From positions 1 to 36,136 of the forward strand of contig JAUCBJ010000666.1 in NCBI GenBank assembly GCA_032718475.1: 36,136 nt of DNA. Reading direction: 5' to 3'. The DNA is from Nemertoderma westbladi. Its lineage: Eukaryota; Animalia; Xenacoelomorpha. This document shows, one piece after another, positions 33,200 to 36,136 of this stretch. Position 1 is the first letter of the stretch. Every line of letters begins with the position of its first letter. The notes below the pieces were generated by a model. That model was not told the DNA's origin, did no database searches, and saw nothing but the letters and a program-made list of their open reading frames with translations. The translations under genes and the position numbers were made by a program.

Positions 33200-35330
33200 T
33201 ACCTCCTGATACGTGAATGGTAGTCTCCTCTTGGTGATCTGCTGGTGGGCTTCTATATTAATGTTGAAGAAGCCCCACCGAGAACTCCTGGGCCTTCATC
33301 CTTTGTCATGTCATGACTCCGACGTCGGCCCACTCCTCGAAAATGCGGAATTTCTCCTCATCCTCCATCCAGTCGCACTGGCGCTCAAAGTGCCCCCTAA
33401 ACTTGCACTTCGAACACCTGTTGTGCAACCTCGGGCAAGCACCCATCCTGTGCGTAGACTCACGGCAGTAAAGACACGCCGTACCCTTCTGGTAACGGTA
33501 TAGACAGTTCTTTTGCTGATGGGTTAATCTTCCACAGTAATCGCTACCATGTATCATTGTCTCTCACCCCAAGTCGTCCTTGGCTCCACGTGGCCTCCTG
33601 GGTCTATGGAGCCACTGGTAGGTAAACATCTGGACGTTTTCTTCCCTACCCATATCGATGTCCTCTGCCAACCTCGGCATCGTTTCTCCAAATACTACCC
33701 GTGGTGCCATCCCCGGTTGCCCGCCCAGTCAGATCGTACTCGCCGCGAAGTCCATTTCCGCCTCCCCATGCTCCCAGGTCCGCTTACCGGGTTTGTCCCA
33801 GAAGGCTCCCGCCCCGCTGGCTGTCACCACTCTCCCGTCCACCCAGTCTGTGTCCGAGTGGCCGATCCTCGCTATCGGTGGCATCGCCCCATACTCGTCC
33901 TCCTCCTCTTCCCCGCCCGGGAGTGCAATCCTCGCTATCAGTGGCATTGCCCCGAACTCGTCCTCCTACTCTTCCCCTGCTGGGAGCGGATCCAAACCCG
34001 GGATCCCAGTTGATCCACTGTGTTCCTTTCCGCCCTGGTATCCGCCCGTGGCCTTCCATCCTTCTACCTCCCTCGGTCTCTTACTTTCTCAGTCGCCCTC
34101 AGACCTTGCAGGCATGGGCATTCCTTGCAGCCCCGATGTAGACTGTGTCGGTGTCTCTTCCATCCAACCCAGTTCGTCCCCCAGCCGAAACTCGCTCGAG
34201 GTATCCGATCACCACCTCAGCTCGCCCAAATCCTGGGCTTCGAACTCATCCTCCTCTCCTCTTATATCTGGCTCTCTGCCTGCTGCCTCCCTCCTCTCTC
34301 TCCTGGCATCCTCCTCTAGTCTCCTCTCCCCAATCCTATCCGCCTCCTATCGCCTGTACGGTGTATCTACCTCTCTGTCCACCAGGTGTCGGGTAATGTA
34401 ATATACTGACTCACCCTTCAGCCCTGGGTGGTCTACAAGACCTTCTAGGGCCACCTTTAAGGCTCTCCTATGGTTCAGAGGTGATCCCAATATTAGAAAC
34501 GCCGTCGGCACCCTCCTGATAGTTACCGTAATGAACAGGTTTAGTAAACCTATCATTATCCAGTCCTCTTCTAGGATATATCCTTCTGATATATCTTTAT
34601 CACTCCCTTCGGGAAGTGATATAGTTCCTCCTTCCCCAGTCTCACTCCCCACTTGAGTGAGTTCGCAAGTTCCGTTCCATATTCCTCCCGGAACTTGTTC
34701 CAGTCCATCAGTTTGTGGCAGACGAGTCCCATCAGTTGGCCCATCGCCACGGCCCCTTAATGTCCCGTGTTGTCCATCAATCCCAATCCCTCCGGTTTCG
34801 TCATAGCCATGTAGACTACCTGTATGTCCAGAAGATTCGGTGTGCCCGGTCCAATAATTCTGTCCGCATCGACGCTTATCACGGATCCTACCTTGACTGT
34901 AGTCTTCAGTCTTACTAGCTCCTGCACCACGTTTGGCAACCAGTTTAACTTCGGCCCGCTCTTCTTTCCGTAGGTCACTAGGTCGAATAGAAAGATATCT
35001 CCATTCAGCGCTGCTAAGTGCAGCAATATGGTTCTAGCCGATCCTCCCAACCCCCTTCTAGAGCCCTCGTTGTCCTCCACAGTCCCTTCGTCGTCTACGA
35101 CCATGTATCCACCCCTCTCTACGGAATCTACAAATCTCCTCCACTCCTTCCTCGGTGGTTCCCTCGGGTACTTTGGTATCCGAACCTAGCCTCGTCCCCC
35201 TTTACAACATAGTGAAGATGCTCGTCGATCGCATTGTCCAACGACGGCGCCCTGTAGGTCCCGACCAGTCGTCGCTCGTGCATCTCCCTAAACTGATCCT
35301 GTAGCGCGTGTTTCAGTCCCTGCCACGGTG
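33200..35330 (-). pseudogene. Decayed accessory ORF: DEDDy (WRN-exo/EXD/RNase D-like) 3'-5' exonuclease, acidic linker, tandem CCHC zinc knuckles
   Basis: 34757-35104: VVDDEG (ExoI-like), LLHLAALNGDIFLFDL, LPNVVQELV..KVGSVISVDADRI (ExoII-like), LLDIQVVY. YILEED (ExoIII-like) follows after a stop and frameshift. 33306-33557: CLYCRESTHRMGAC and CSKCKFRGHFERQC. Several stops throughout. Confidence 0.68.
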
Positions 35331-35338
35331 TGGCTCTA

Positions 35339-36136
35339 CTACCAGCTCTCTGTGGACTTGAAGTCCCCTGTGTGGCCGCATACGGTTGTGACTGCCTCCA
35401 CCTTTGGAAGTGCCTTCACCGCACTATGTTCGGGTTTAGGTCGGCTGTATTCGGTTTTTGGTGCCTTGCCTAGACTTTCCTCACCATAGACTGGATCCGT
35501 TATTAGCTCCGCCTCGTAGTTAAGTAAGTTCGACATCTCATCCAACCCTGGCTCCGCACCTTTCTTTTCTCGAGTGGAGAAAGCGATCTTTCTCCATTTG
35601 TTTCTCAGCCAAATCAGTAGTGCCTGCCCTATCGTGGTGATGTTGTTCGATGCATTGAGTTCGTAAGGTGCATCCAGAGTCTTTAACACTATTAGCGCTT
35701 TCTCTACTTTGTTAGCGAAAGTCGTTATGCTTGCGAGTCCGCCTGATGTTATTCCCCTTAAGGTTTATCGGATAATCTTGGCAAGATGGCCAAATTCCCT
35801 GTCCAGGGCTCTCCATGCGGTCGTGAATCCTTCTTCAATACCTTGGTATTGCCTCACGATGCCGTAAGCTGGCCCCCCTGTATAGACTTGTAGTTATTTA
35901 AGGCACTCCACTCCGCCTGTGTGAGATTTTTTGTCAAAATCTCATTACTATACATTCTCCGGAACTGTAGATATTCTTCCGGCTTGCTACCATCAAACTT
36001 GAAAGACTCCACGGGTGGCAGCTCAATTCTAGTTTTCAGCGCATCGATGAGTGTTGCCATTCCCATCACTTGAACTTCCAGCGTGCTTGATGGTTGGGAT
36101 GCAGGCTCCTTCAATATCGGTTGTGCTTCGCCTCTT
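35339..36136 (-). pseudogene. BEL/Pao gag-like remnant (DUF1759-type region), with frameshifts and stops
   Basis: LPPVESFKFDGSKPEEYLQFRRMY, LRNKWRK, and ELITDPVYG are BEL/Pao gag-type motifs. Split across ORFs 35854-36114 and 35339-35689. Confidence 0.78.

Larger units (their letters stand above)
31494..36136 (-). mobile_element. BEL/Pao-like LTR retrotransposon, internally deleted (no pol), with an accessory ORF; continues beyond the window
   Basis: Minus-strand order: gag remnant, accessory ORF, polypurine tract, TGT..ACA-bounded LTR. No protease, RT, RNase H or integrase motifs seen between gag and the LTR. Confidence 0.72.

Noticed and set aside
33549-34401. Plus-strand Ser/Pro-rich ORFs (e.g. 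33658-34401, 247 aa)
   Set aside because: Shadow frames of the purine-rich minus-strand accessory ORF; no recognisable motifs.

Overview
Eukaryotic (probably invertebrate animal) genomic DNA made almost entirely of nested transposable elements and satellite; no host gene is recognisable. In order: the right end of a piggyBac-type/foldback non-autonomous element (1-1399); an internally deleted PIF/Harbinger element with TAA TSDs (1497-2193); a nearly intact CRE-clade (restriction-like endonuclease) non-LTR retrotransposon whose single ORF reads SIM-SIM-Ulp1/SENP protease-ZnF-PHD-RT-RLE, with one in-frame TGA and a poly(A) tail (3310-7650); a 28S rRNA fragment fused to a 5'-truncated LINE (9201-9973); a decayed CR1-group LINE (CCCH ORF1, APE, RT) interleaved with L2/Crack-like, RTE, piggyBac-like and 2A-PHD LINE fragments (10.2-20.3 kb); small MITE-like inverted repeats (21.6-23.2 kb); an 8.2-kb satellite of 22/23-bp monomers with a 1349-bp higher-order repeat (23.3-31.5 kb); and a minus-strand BEL/Pao-like LTR element that lacks pol but carries a decayed accessory ORF with a DEDDy 3'-5' exonuclease and CCHC knuckles (31494 to the end). 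The two best candidates for something undescribed are the SUMO-protease/SIM/PHD-armed CRE element and the exonuclease-carrying LTR element. All family calls come from motif recognition by eye, not from database searches.
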